The notes under the pieces: generated by a model
Seen by the model: the letters and a program-made list of their open reading frames with translations, nothing else
The model's database searches: none
What the model was told of the DNA's origin: nothing
Part shown: positions 38,807-51,984 of the stretch, in pieces
How the letters are laid out: the number at the start of each line of letters is the position of its first letter
Numbering within the stretch: the stretch's first letter is position 1
Position numbers and translations under genes: made by a program
Source: Laetmonice hystrix
Taxonomy: Eukaryota
Reading direction: 5' to 3'
Assembly: GCA_965235115.1 (NCBI GenBank)
Contig: OZ249441.1
Location: 27,032,001 to 27,096,000 of the forward strand
Length of the DNA: 64,000 nt

Positions 38807-40682
38807 GCAAAATCCAAGAAATCCCAGGTATAAGCCTGTACAATCAAAAACAACTAAATACTAGTATATGTCTGTCCTTATTCATGAAGATGCCGAAGCA
38901 TAATGCATAATGATATATGATTTGGAAAAAACTGCTTACCATAAAATGTCTCAGAAAGTTTTCGGAAAATAGCAATGCGTATCTTCATAATTTCTTTTTT
39001 TTGACTAATTAACATTCTGTATCGCACACCCGGATCCCACCTTTTCGATGTAAGAAACAATCATTTCCTCCCTCCTCAACCCAAGGCTAATCTGTAGCCC
39101 GGACCACTATGCTGTCATAGAATAAACCAATATGTGTTTATGAAACGAGTTAGTTGCCAATGCTGTGAGACATGATGTCGTGCCCCGACCCGGTGATGTC
39201 GGCCGTCTGGCGGGGAGACACACGATACGGCCTCACTCTGAGCTCGGGCTGTCTGGCGGTATCCCCCGGATAATTACCTCCAGTTACTCAGCACCCCTTG
39301 GATAATTACAGCCAGTCAGTCCCTCAACCAAGGGGATCCCGACCGCCAGCTGTACCCACCTGTCCACAATCTACCTGCTGGGTGAGATCCTCAACCCGAT
39401 CCCACCACCCCACCAATAACCAAACTACCCGGCTTCCATCAGACCCTCCTATTCCCACTCCCCAACACTGCCTTGAGTTCTGAGTGCCTAGAAGTCAGGT
39501 CAAGTATCCAGACATGGCAGGTCCAAGGGTCAGTGGTGGTTAATTGGGTTCAACCTGATGGGGCAGTGGCAGTTTGAGACTGGGAGTCGGCCGTCTACAT
39601 ACACCCATAGGTTGTTTGTGTCTCCGGGACGACAGCGTCAGACGTGCAGGGTCCATACGGGGACAGGAGGGGCCACGACCAGTCTAGTATAGGTGCCACG
39701 TCCAGTCCAGTACCAGACTGTGACATAAACCCCTTCACTCGATCGCTCATATTCAGATGGTTCAAGGAGGAAGTGCCCCCCCCCCCCCCCCCCGGCTCGA
39801 ATGGCACACATCTATACGTGATCCAGCACTTACGACATGACAAATTTAGCGTATCTCCAAAAAGGTCACCCCATATTTCTTGCTTCGCCACAAATTATTC
39901 ATTCTCCACTCAAGTCAACCAGACTGTAACATCCTCTAAAGGAAGCATCACGATTTTATTACATTTGACCCAGGCCTAATGGGGGCACCAGAGAAATATG
40001 TCAGCGTGAGCGCTCCTCTATAACAGTGACAATTCTACCTCAGCCTGTCCATTTTTTCACATATTCTGCTCGACAGGAGTGTGCTATACTGATTCCCGTT
40101 GCCGAGAACCTCAGTAGGTTGTTCACAGGTTGGCCTGTACCACCAGTTGCCAATCGCCTGCATGAACACACTCCCGTATATCAGGAGCTAACTATTATTA
40201 TCAGCCAGTCCGGGGCCTGGTATTTCTAGTCCCTCCAGTTTGACGGACGGTAAATTAAGCTGACTGGAGTGGCCGACTGTTTTCCATGTCCATACCATAA
40301 AAACTGACCGAAACTTTTCCCATTTTACTGCAGACTGCCCGACGGCGTCACCCCAGTGCTGCATACAGCTGGGCATGGCCAGACGATACACAGTGTTAAA
40401 CCCGCTGAATGCATACCAATGGGAACCGAGTTGGGCTGCAATCGATTCCAGTCATTGATAAAACTGAGATTTTACTTTCAGCTCTTTCTTTTTATTCATA
40501 CAGGAGACATCCTGAGATTGCAGCGTTATTTGCAGCCGCTTTCCCTCTGACTGCCGTCCTCTGGTTCTGACCGGCAACTGTAAAGCGCGGCCCACAACCT
40601 TTTTACTGCTGGGTCCCTCAACCACTCAGCACTCCGTCAAGACCGCATCATTGGGGGCATCAACCAGTGAAACCGATTACTG

Positions 40683-40696
40683 CCACTAGAGGGCGC
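40683..40696 (+). promoter_or_regulatory. Candidate CTCF binding site
   Basis: (TG)CCACTAGAGGGCGC, full match to the CTCF core consensus; motif match only. Confidence 0.5.
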
Positions 40697-43366
40697 ATGA
40701 GCTACCATTCCATAAATCGAGGTCCACATTAACGCCACCATTGAGCGTCATTCCTGTCGGGGATTACCTACCTGTGAAAGTTTGATATGAGCTGGGGGTG
40801 GCATAGGCCGTGTAAAAATACAACCACGGCTAATTCACAGACATGAGCGCTGCCATGTGTCACCGTCCCTCTGAATTATTCAACCACAAGTTGCTACTTA
40901 CCTCAGTGCAAAATGCCTCCAGTGCACTTTTATTCATAACTATATAATAGGCAATTTACGTGGTCTGAGTACCATCTTGAATTAAAACCATCCCTTGCTA
41001 TTCATTTCCCCACGGGATATATATGATATCCTACGGGTTTTTTTAACGGGTGCGGGCTTACGCTTGGCTGCGTGGTGTATCAGCTCGTCTATGAGAGAAA
41101 TTTGAGCAGAAATCCATGCAATGACGATATCGCATGTTACGTGGTTGACGTTGGTCCATGAAAGGTGACCTGGTGTCTATGATCATCCCATGACGATCCT
41201 GGACGCGAGCCTCGGGCCCCGACTCGGGATTACAAGCCGTGCAGGGCTGGGGAAGGAAGGCTTGGCTGACATCATGATCTTCACTCCCGTTATCTGTCCG
41301 TGGCCACTATGGATAGAGAGCGACAAACGGCCGTGAATAACCCCCACCCCACACCGCCATCCCCACCGGCACCCCCATTAAAATACCCGACGATACTCCA
41401 TGAAGCAGAAGCCACCGGTCGCAGGCACTGCCTCCCAGGCTCACACAAAACTTAACGTCAGGAAAAAGGTTTCATTCATACATCAGAACCTTCCTAAAAC
41501 ATTTATTACACGTTCTTTGCTATCTAGCCACCAAGCAACACTTCCAGTGGACCCCACTGCCAAGTGGTCTGCTACATTCACGATCCCTCCTATAATGAAG
41601 CCCCAATCCACATCACCCCCACTAATCACATTTAACTACCGGCCATAACTTCCTAACACAAGAAGTTATTTTCTCCCTTTTCTCTAGTCCACATCCTGAG
41701 GACAATCTGTCATGTCCCTGAAAACCTAGATGATACCCCCGTAGATACCATGCCCGCCGTTCATATTCCCAAAGTATCCCCCATTACTTGTATAACTCCG
41801 CGTAGCTGCAGGGAACGTGCTTGCTCTTTGTGTTCTTTTTTGCGGCCAAAGCAGTTCCATGACTTTTGGAGCGCTGCAGATAAAGCCATGATTTATTTCA
41901 AGCATGCAGGTGTCAACGTCAAATGGATGTTTGCCCCAACAAACTGGGCAATTTCCCCTCGGTGCTGTGACTATACGGCCAATGCCTGTCCAAAATGCCA
42001 GGTACGGTGACTTAATTTCTGTACAGACTGTAAAAGAACGTATGACAGGCACACTGAATGCCGGGTTATTATACAAACAAGTGAAATGCCATTATAAGAA
42101 ATCATTCTGACAATCGCCATCATTGCTGGAAGATATTACTACTGGGTAAACCCAGAGCATACCAATTCAAGTTTGGGAGTCCTCGGCTGTGTAGACGAAC
42201 GCTTAAAATTCCATGCAATTTTCACTCGTCACTTTTATGTCTTTTATGATATAAGGCAGAGTGTGCAGAGTAGTAAAAAATTCACTCATGGCTTGTATGA
42301 TATACTCAAGAAAGGTACAGTTAACTGAGGCACTCAGGAATCTTTATGATCCAAGGCAGAGACTCGGTTAAGTGACCGATTGGTGGTTTTATGAAGTGTC
42401 GGCCTCGAAGGCCATAGTCAGGGCGAGAAAACTCAATCATAATAATCTTCGATTGCAAAGTAATGACTGAAGAACTCAGGCCAGTTAGGATCTCAGACAC
42501 AATGCAATGGAGGTGATTCGCACAAACAGACGGGCGACCTGATTCATTCAAGTCCTCTGTGGACAGAATGCAAACTGCCCTTTCCTATAAAATCAGTTTA
42601 AAATATAACGTTACACTCATACTGATTCAGATCTAAAAATGTCAGCCTGTTATTAATTCAAAGGCAACCTTTCCCCCTATTAAAAAAGCCAGATTAATAC
42701 TGTCAACTCACCATTATTCCTAGTCATTTTAGTAAGAGCAAAATAACCTTTTCGAGGAAGGCCTTTTTTCACACATACTTGTACTTACATGGTACACTCT
42801 TAGACGGGTAATTCTAGAAATGTACATATCATATAGCGTGAAAGTTTTTGCATTAACACTCCATACAATATACATTAGTGTCCAAAGTGCCACAGTTGGA
42901 TTTACCGTAAGTGAATACCGTTATGAGATTAAGTTGTGGCACGGAAGGTTTAATATGTTCTTCTTTCACAACGGCTTGATGGTTCACAGGGTCACAATAC
43001 AGCAAACACGGACTTCTTTAGAGTAAACTTTACCTTTGATATAAAAAAAAACGTGATAAAAGAGCTGTCAGCTTACACTAGCGCTTTTAGTGGAAGCTGA
43101 CCGAGTTGACGAGGCAGATTTCAGACCGACCTGACGCAGCCTGACTTAATTGACTCCGTCAATTTGGGACTAAGTAAGATCGGTGGGTGGAGCGTCCACA
43201 AGAAGTGACCTTTCGCCACAGACTGACCCTCGGTCTGCCAGGACCTTTCTGGGGTCCATGCTATTGTCCTACCAATCTTCATCCCGATACCAGCCCTCGC
43301 TGAGTTTCCCTGTGTAAGGGTTCTCCCCTCGAGATTCTATACACCAGCGAGTCGACCCCAGCCCCT

Positions 43367-43546
43367 GGCCCTGGTTTTTAGTTTGCAAACTGAGTCTTAA
43401 GATTCAAATCTTAAGATTGAATTCTTGTTTCCGAGCTTCTGATTGGTCCTCCAAATGAAGTCAGCCAATCAGAGACCATAACACAAGTCAGTCTTAAAAT
43501 TCCAGTCTTAAGATAGGTAAAATGACGAACTAAAAACCGGGCCCTG
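43367..43546. mobile_element. PIF/Harbinger-like MITE
   Basis: TIR ggccc(t)ggtttttagtt ... aactaaaaaccgggcc followed by CTG (CWG-type TSD candidate). Internally an imperfect palindrome centred on ctgattgg...ccaatcag with repeated tcttaaga. Confidence 0.65.
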
Positions 43547-44075
43547 GAGACCCCTGCAAGCCGACATCAACCCCCCCCCCCCCCCAACCTCCTCCTCCGG
43601 CGACTGCACCACAACTGGAGGTCCTTTGTGGTCCAGACCATTGGAACGGATGCCTCCAGGCCAGTTTACGAGGTCGTTGGTCTTACACTGATACAGAGTC
43701 CTGACTTTGTCTCATGTAAAACAAAATCTGTTTTTTTAAACGGAAAAAAAGGCAAGGAAAATGTGTCAGAGGACCACATGCTCGGACTCTACAGGGAGGG
43801 GCGGGGTACGCTATAACCCTCAACGTACGCCCGGTACTAGTAAGAAAAATATCTTACCATGCAAGCACATTTATCATTTCAAAAAAGCTACGGTCTCTCA
43901 TATTTTTGAAGTCGGAAACAAAGACACATAATTCAAAAATGCCCATGACCTTCTGGCACTCGCTTGGCCATATATTTGGACGCGTATTATATTTTTAGTT
44001 TTATCTACCAGGGTAAGGGTAGACGCGTGTTTTCACTCTAGGTAGGGGAAACCGATTACCGGCATACCCTCCCCA

Positions 44076-44211
44076 CTGTCCTGTTCCATCCCAACTTTCC
44101 CATCCTGTGCCATCCCAACTGTCCTATCCTGTCCCACCCCAAATGTCCTTTCCTGTCCCACCCCAAATGTCCTATCCTGTCCCATCCCAACTGTCCTATC
44201 CTGCTCCATCC
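44076..44211. repeat. 24-bp pyrimidine-rich tandem repeat, ~5-6 copies
   Basis: Unit ccatcccaactgtcctatcctgtc; gives the PSQLSYPV-repeat pseudo-ORF at 44107. Confidence 0.9.
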
Positions 44212-45082
44212 TCTAGGTTGGATGCACTTGGCAGATTATCAAAAGATATAAGAAACTTGGTTTTTGTAACAGACACAGAGAGCCACATATGCCTCCCTCA
44301 CTTGGCTACTGACCTCATCGGTACATTTGCTCGTAGTGACGAGAAGAAAAGTTCATCATTTATCAGCACCACTGTAAACCATCAAGAGGGAGTTTTTTGC
44401 CTATACATGTCCTAACCACCTCCCCTGCAAATTTATTTTTTAATGCACCAGCATAAATACATATTGTCAGTACGTAGGCATGCATAAATCGATTTATGTT
44501 TCGGGTTCCATCAACAACATTGAAATTATTCAAGAATTTTTATTGTTAAATGCAACTCTTTTATCATACGTATTGTTCCAATGTACACAACCTGCTGCAC
44601 TCCATTAAAACTGATCACCTGCCTCAATCTATACCGACATGTTGTTGGGATCTGACAAAAATCCATATTCAATTATCCAACCTTTTTTCTTTTTTTTGCC
44701 TCCTTCTGAATGCAATCACCTAGGTTACTGGAGCAAATATACAAAGCCGTAAACGCGCTCCCTGCCAATGTGTAACGTTCTTCATCAGGGTCTGGCCAGT
44801 ATTCAATGCAAATGGGGGCAGAAGTTAAGTGTGTTTGTCTGCATAAAGCGGAAAAGCTTTAACAAGTAAATAACAACGTTCTTTCTCTTGACAATGCCTA
44901 TAAAAGCAGGCGACAGTAACATATGCGAGCGACTGAGCTGTGACTCTGGGAACGTAGCACGTTGCTACATGTTTTATATAATATACCACTCTCTGGCTGT
45001 GTCAAACCAGGCAGTGTAACATGGACCATGAAGTAGGCCGCCACACTTTACAGAAACTTATCAGATATTAAACAACTGGTAT

Positions 45083-45575
45083 AGGCCCTGTTGTATAAAC
45101 TGGGCAACCTTAGCTTGAGGTCGAGTACCCTTTCCTTGAGGTACCTCGTCTTAGGGGGTCCTATAGGGGTTCGTGTCTGCATTACCTCCCTAGTTCTTGG
45201 TCTCAGTCTACCTAGATCTAATTTGATCTTCAGTGTCCTAAGCTAAGACAAGAATACATGCTCCTGCTGCCACTGCCTTTCTATGCATGCTATACCTAGA
45301 AAGGTCTTGCGTGATATCAAACGTTTAAAAATATATTATGTATCTCCTCTGACCCGATCCTATCCAGTCCGACGCTCAGTATATGTGCCATCCTACTGAC
45401 GCCTGGACAGTTTTCCTGTATACGTTTTTTAAAATATCTTTCTTTATGAATATGAAATTGCTTTAGTCGGACTGCAACTTCTGAGCAAATATTGTCTGAA
45501 GCACAAATATATTACATGTTTTGTTTGGGATTACTTGATGCTCGGGCAGGTTGTCCCAAGTTACAAACACGTCTA
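45083..45575. mobile_element. Possible old MITE with degenerate ~45-bp TIRs
   Basis: Left ggccctgttgtataaactgggcaaccttagcttgaggtcgagtaccc aligns loosely (by eye, with gaps) to the reverse complement of gggattacttgatgctcgggcaggttgtcccaagttacaaacacgtc. Confidence 0.3.
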
Positions 45576-47671
45576 TCAGGTATGGGTGCGACTTATAACA
45601 CAGGTTTATAGTTTAGCAAAAAGAAGCGCGCACCCCTTGCATCGCATGTCTCCCTCGCTCTATGTGGCTTGGATCCGAATCGGTTATACACTGGGTGCAC
45701 GTAGCCAATGCACTGATGGCCTACTTTTTAAGTTGAGAAAAACCGGTGTTCCTAAGATGTTTCACAGACCTAGATATTACGAGAAATTAAGCTACAGGAT
45801 TCTTTATTCCTACATTTGTCACGATATCTGACCAATGATCAAAGCTATGGATAACATGGGACACAGCCAAAAAAAATCCAATGTCTGGCTCATAGCAGCT
45901 CTGTCCAATTCTAAAACATGATTATGGCCACGGAAGAACTGTTAATAAAATCATCGTGAAGCTACCTCACCCGGTGATAGCGTAAATAAATCAAAGGTTT
46001 GAGCCCGTTGAATTCTACACTGCGGCATGCTCACATAAAATTACTATGAAAATAAAAACAAATGATTTCAAATGCTGAAATAGTAAAGCTGAATTCATCT
46101 ATACTATTCTAATTGGTTGTGGTCCCTGGTCGAGACAGGTTCAGTGGTGGTTTGACACCCGCCCAACCCTCAACACATCTGCTTTCACTTCACTGCTGCC
46201 AATCTGTTCTGGTAACTGTATCAACCAATGAGAAAATGTACACCTTATGTGTGAAATTGGATTGGACAAAGTCCTGTTGGGACTAGAGCTGGATGGCGGG
46301 AGGCGGCAGTCCCCCTTTCTTCCACCAGTCGGTCTGCGCTGGTCACGCCCCCTACCGGCCTTCCAACTCGTCACCCGACAACCTCCCGCCAAGTCACCAC
46401 AGTGTGGGCAAGCTTCCCAGAAGGTACTGGATCCCCCGCTGAGAGAAGACGCAGTCGCTGCCAGTTGCCAGTTACCAAGGGAATGGCCATAATTACCATG
46501 CTCTCCACGACAACGCCGCAGAACTAGACTCATTATCCCTCCACTTCAAGACATCGCTTCGTCAGAATACCTAAAAGGCGCCTTATCGTTCACAGAATAG
46601 CTGATCGCTGCTTCGCGCCTGTATCTAACCCACGACACTAGAACAAGTTGATTCGACTCAAGGTCCAACATACATGAGCTAAACATTCATCAACTCAAAA
46701 AGTAGAGAGCAATATTTCACACGACCATACCACCTTTGTCTCTACTGCTATTAGACCGAGGCTTCTTTTTCCAATCTACATATCAAAAGATAAAATGTCG
46801 GCTCGCAAAGCTACAGAATACTATCCTCCTAATTTTCTGTAACAATATACGAGTATTTTTTTTTCTAATTGTGTGTTCTGACCAAGCAGTAGGTTTACAA
46901 CTGGATACAAGAGATAACCGTGCACACTGCGTGGGTAGTCTCCGTTTGTTACACGGGAGAAACAAAAACCGACGCTATCAAATTCCCGTGTTCTGATGAA
47001 ACGTTTAGATGTGGCGCTGCGGGATAAGAGCACAAAACAACAGCTGTCCTCTGTCCCTTTGTAACTCAAACTGAAGTTACTGTCAGTGAATCAGTCCAGT
47101 CTCATCCTTGACGGGCATGGCGAGTATTGTGTTTAGTATAATTTACCATCTTTGTCTGCACACATCACGCCTGTATATGTCTCCATCACCATATTCTCAT
47201 GCTTGTATGTGGTTTTCCATGGTCAATCTTGCTGAGGTTTCCCGTAGGTCCTTTTCAAGTGGGCTTCCTCCTTAATCAAAAGGTTACTCCCCGAATGTTT
47301 TCTGGACACCTTTTTGGTCTTGTTGTCAGTCACCAGAAGATCTTATTCGGGGTCAAAAGACATTAATAATCTCCTTACAAAGACCTGGAAAATCCTATTT
47401 TTCGAAACGTACCGTATACAGTCCATCATCTGATGCATCATCTCTCTTGCTCAAATGATTCCTCCACAAAAGTCCATAAAGCAAGTCCAGGGAAATGAAA
47501 TTACACACTTCATTACTTTGCTAACTGGCTTCTTAATTACTGCCAGAAAAAAACAATCATTATCCCAAAGAAAATTTCTCACCTTCTCAGAACGCTGTGA
47601 AACTGTTTTACGTGCTCATTCATAACGTGGCGATGACTTATAAAGAGAAACCACTCCAATAAAACTGTGAC

Positions 47672-47905
47672 AGTCAGACACCCCTGTCAACCTTGTCACA
47701 GGGCCGGAACAATTGAAGCCAGTGACAAGGCGGAAGCCAGTGAAAAGCGGAAGCCAGTGACACTTCTGTCAACCGTGTCAGAGGACAGTAAACAGGTGAA
47801 GCCAGCGACACTCGTGTCAACCTTGTCAGAGGGCCGGAACACCAGTGACACTCGTGTCATTGGATCACAAGTCAGATAATAGTTGGATCACAAGTCAGAT
47901 AATAG
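47672..47905. repeat. Degenerate ~45-50-bp repeat with gaagccagtga sub-repeats, followed by a 23-bp tandem duplication
   Basis: Recurrent cagtgacactcgtgtcaaccttgtcagagggccggaac; ttggatcacaagtcagataatag x2 at ~47860-47905. Confidence 0.8.
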
Positions 47906-47959
47906 TTGCTCTTGAAGTCATCATAGTCAGCGTAGATTGGGTTGTCCCCGGCCCACTCC

Positions 47960-48780
47960 GACACAGCCAAAGTAATCTCAATCCCACACAGACTTCCCCA
48001 TCCCAGCCTGACACAGCCAGAGTCCCTAGTCTCAATCCCACACAGACCTCCCCATCCCAGCCTGACACAGCCAGAGTAATCCCAATCCCACACAGACTTC
48101 CCCATCCCAGCCTGACACAGCCAGAGTCCCCAATCTCAATCATATACAGACTTCCCCATCCCAGCCTGACACAACCAGAGTCCGTAATCTCAATCATATA
48201 CAGACCTCCCCATCCCAGCCTGACACAGCCACAGTCCCTAATCTCAATCCCACATAGGTTTCCTCCGGGCACTCCGGTTTCCTCCACCAAGAAAAACTGA
48301 CTTTCATCATCATCATCATCACCGCCGTGATATGACCCTGCTGTTGCAAGGCGTAAAACCCCAAATACCCACCCAATCCCACATAGACCTCCCCATCCCA
48401 GCCTGACACAGCCACAGTCCCCAATCTCAATCCCACATAGACCTCCCCATCCCAGCCTGACACAACCAGAGTCCCTAATCTCAATCCCACACAGACCTCC
48501 CCATCCCAGCCTGACACAGCCACAGTCCCTAATCTCAATCCCACACAGACCTCCCCATCCCAGCCTGACACAGCCACAGTTCCCAATCTCAATCCCACAC
48601 AGACCTCCCCATCCCAGCCTGACACAACCAGAGTCCCTAATCCCAATCATACACAGACCTCCCCACCCCAGCCTGCAGCCACAGTCCCCAATCTCAATCA
48701 TACACAGACCTCTTTATCCCAGCCTGACACAGCTAGAGTCCCAAATCTCAATCCTACACAGATAAGACCTCCCCATGCCC
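47960..48780. repeat. 54-bp minisatellite, ~13 copies, interrupted by a SINE fragment
   Basis: Unit aatctcaatcccacacagacctccccatcccagcctgacacagccagagtccct (18 codons); some 50-bp variants lack ccct. Confidence 0.97.
48258..48373 (+). mobile_element. 5'-truncated V-SINE-like retroposon inserted into the 54-bp minisatellite
   Basis: Begins with gtttcctccgggcactccggtttcctccacc (V-domain core, recognised from memory of V-SINE consensus), then (CAT)n and a tail gatatgaccctgctgttgcaaggcgtaaaaccccaaatacccacc. Flanked by direct repeat caatcccacatag at 48245-48257 and 48374-48386. Confidence 0.7.
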
Positions 48781-50227
48781 CCAAGACCCCAATTATATCG
48801 GGTCTCCGTCAGTCATTAACTTCAGAGTTGAGAAAGATATGTCGCCTGCAACTTAATGTCAACACATCGTCAAAAAGTGTCGAGCTTGGTCAAAGATTGG
48901 TTTAGGAGACCAAATTGGTCAAACTTATTACTCGGCCATAGTTGAGAGACTTTAATCATGGCGACCAGGTCCCGCGATCTTCACTGTAAAGACAGCTCAG
49001 CTTTGCTTCAATAAAAAACCTTTTGAAAGGTTCGGATGTTAACATTGGCGCAGAGATTTGGGATGTTGACCGAGTCAACGTGTCATCAGGGGTGTTGACA
49101 CGGCTCGCTGCCCCCTCACCGCGTCCCCCTTATGCCGGCTCCCCCCTCCCTGCCCCCCCCCCTACTCCAGCCTCATTGGGCACGAAGGCAAACAGCGGCG
49201 ATTTACGTTTTGTTATAAGTGAACAAGCTGTGCTGGGGCCAGGCCCGGGTACTGTCAGCGCGACGCGGAGCTGTATGTATAAACCCTGTGCCCTTCACTT
49301 TAACACCATTCACCGGGCGAAACTTTGCACCGAAAAAACATCCTCCATCTCTTATCCCATTTAGGTAGCTGGGCCATAGTGTGGGTAACTCCTGAGTCAG
49401 ACGGCGGGCCTGGACACGGTGAGCCCAGCCCGACTTGGGCCAGCGCAGGTCCGCACTTTCACCGACCCTGATCAATGGTCGACCAATACAAAAATATAGT
49501 TTTAAAAAAAATAATTAAAAACAAATTGTTGTTTCATGTATAAATGTGAGCCCGGTGGTAGCTCCCCACGGACCCTGATCCCCATTCTTCATTCTCTGCC
49601 GTATTGTAAAGTAATCCATGCTGAGAGCTGACGACAGGTCCCCTGCTCCAGTTACCAGCTCAATGTCAGCCAAAAACGTGTCGTTGAAACACACGAGTAA
49701 CAACCACGACCTTTCAGCTCATAAAATAAAAACCGTCAAAACCATCACATGTAGCAATTCATACCTGTCTTTTTAAGGAACATGATCTTGAAATCCATAT
49801 TTTAAACGAGAACGCCTCGCCTGCCTGGGCGCAAAAAGCAGTGTATGTCGGCTTACCTGGTAGCTTCCTCAGGTATATTTCACGTGTTCGCCGTGTATAA
49901 TGTATAACCTTACCTTATTGCATGTTAACTCTCATTACAATCCTACTCTCGCGGCTAGTACATGGAGGCAAACTCACCTAAAACAGAGAAACATAAAGAA
50001 CCGTTAGACTGGACATCAACAGACGTCAACCGCTCGGCATATCTAATATATAAATGTATTGTCAGCTTGAGAGACACGACAAAACGCAATGGTGACAAGT
50101 GTTGGACTGAAGTTGCCAGTTTTTTTTCTGAAGAGCTGGCAAGGTTAACCTGTAATTTGTCTGTTTAAACCATTGTTCTGGTCATTGACGGATGATGACC
50201 AAAGTTATACTGGTATACGAGGGCCCA

Positions 50228-50646
50228 GACTTGTTAACCCAGGCTCCCAGGCCAATCTCCACAACTAGATTGTTAACCCAGGATCACTGCCCAACCTCCA
50301 CAACTAGATTGTTAACCCAGGATCCCTGCCCAATCTCCACATTGTTAACCCAGGATCCCTGCCCAACCACCACAACTAGATTGTTAACCCAGGATCCCTG
50401 CCCAACCACCACAACTAGATTGTTAACCCAGGATCCCTGCCCAACCTCCACCACCATATTGTTAACCCAGGATTCCTGCCCAATATCCACATTGTTAACC
50501 CAGGATCCCTGCCCAATCTCCACAACTAGATTGTTGACCCAGGATCCCTGCCCAATGATCCCTGCCCAATCTCCACATTGTTAACCCAGGATCCCTGCCC
50601 AATCTCCACAACCATATTGTTAACCCAGGATCCCTGCCACAACCAT
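50228..50646. repeat. 39/33-bp minisatellite, ~11 copies
   Basis: Unit ttgttaacccaggatccctgcccaatctccacaactaga and a 33-bp variant lacking 6 nt. Confidence 0.96.
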
Positions 50647-51984
50647 ACAGTGAAGGCACGCCCACACCGTCCTTTCCACCTACTCCCAACCCTCGCCTTC
50701 TTCACAAATCAGCAGCGACTATAAATTGACTGACACTCTTCTTTTTTCCACCTTTTTTACTTTTTTTCCTGGTAGGTAGGATCAAGAAGGACTGGGAAAT
50801 TGCCTGTCTTGGGAGACCAATATCCAGGAAGCCGGCCGAGCGAGAAGGAGCACGGTAGGCGATGTACGAGCCGATCACATTCATGAGGAGGGCCGTGGCT
50901 ACCATGGAAGATCTATGAGGCTCTGTGAAAGGCCGGGGAAATGAGGGAGGAAATGGTCCTTTACATCGGGGGATTCCTCTGTGTGTTTTGTATGCATGGA
51001 GAGCCGGGGCAGAGAATAATCACTGAACACATTAGCTTTCACAACATTGGCGATATGTCTGACACTGCCAACAGGCGGGCAGACAATTGAACATCGGGTC
51101 TCCCTGTCCCTCCCTCTGGATATTGCGGGGTGCGAAATGGGGCAACCTGTACATCCAGTACATAGGGGCCTGGCGTGATCAATGACAGCAAGTTCTATGA
51201 CGACGGCAGAGACGTGGCAATGAGGGACGAGGGGGAGGGACACAGAGCCTGAATCTTTCATAAGTCATTTTGGCCTCATGACGCAACACTCAACATAGCA
51301 AATTATAGAAGGGATAATATGGCATTAACCTGTCGCTCTGACCGGCTCTTCAGCCCCCAACACAAGGATGGTGGTGGCTTGCAAACCTGCATAGCCGAGC
51401 TTCCATAATTTTATAATGAGACAGAAATGTATACGTTTAAGATTACGGGCGTGGTATATTACATGTATACTGCTGCACTCACAAAAGCTCTTGTTCACCA
51501 CCAATACCATTCGCCTTCAAAAGACAAGGACCATTCAACGAGATATAATATCCTCCTACACAAAATACTCCCAACCCCTAGATGGAATTTAATTAAATCA
51601 TCTATTGTAGGATGAATGTGGTCTCTCTTGTTCGCAAAATAATACCGCTTTTTCTCAAATGGACGAATGATATACGTTGTTACGTCTACATCGACAAACA
51701 AAACAGACAGAATGGGAAGATATCAAATATGGTAATTATTACAGTAATGAGGGAGAGAGAGAGCATGATTAAAAGGGTCCCAAGAGATACAATTTCCTGT
51801 AATTTGATTAATTGTTCAGTTTGAAGTCCTCCGAGTCCATAAAAAAACTGATACGAGGCATTTTGTGCCGTACGGTCGGCAGTGTTCTGAGGGCCCCCAC
51901 ATATTCGAAACGAAATAGACCGGCCTTACAGTGTCTGATATGATACGAGGAATGTCGGGTCAGGTGGTCTGTACGGTCAGGCCT

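Noticed and set aside
50192-50689. ORFs with LLTQDPCPTTTTR / VGQGSWVNN repeats resembling mucin-like proteins
   Set aside because: Direct translation of the 39/33-bp minisatellite; no signal peptide or splice support.
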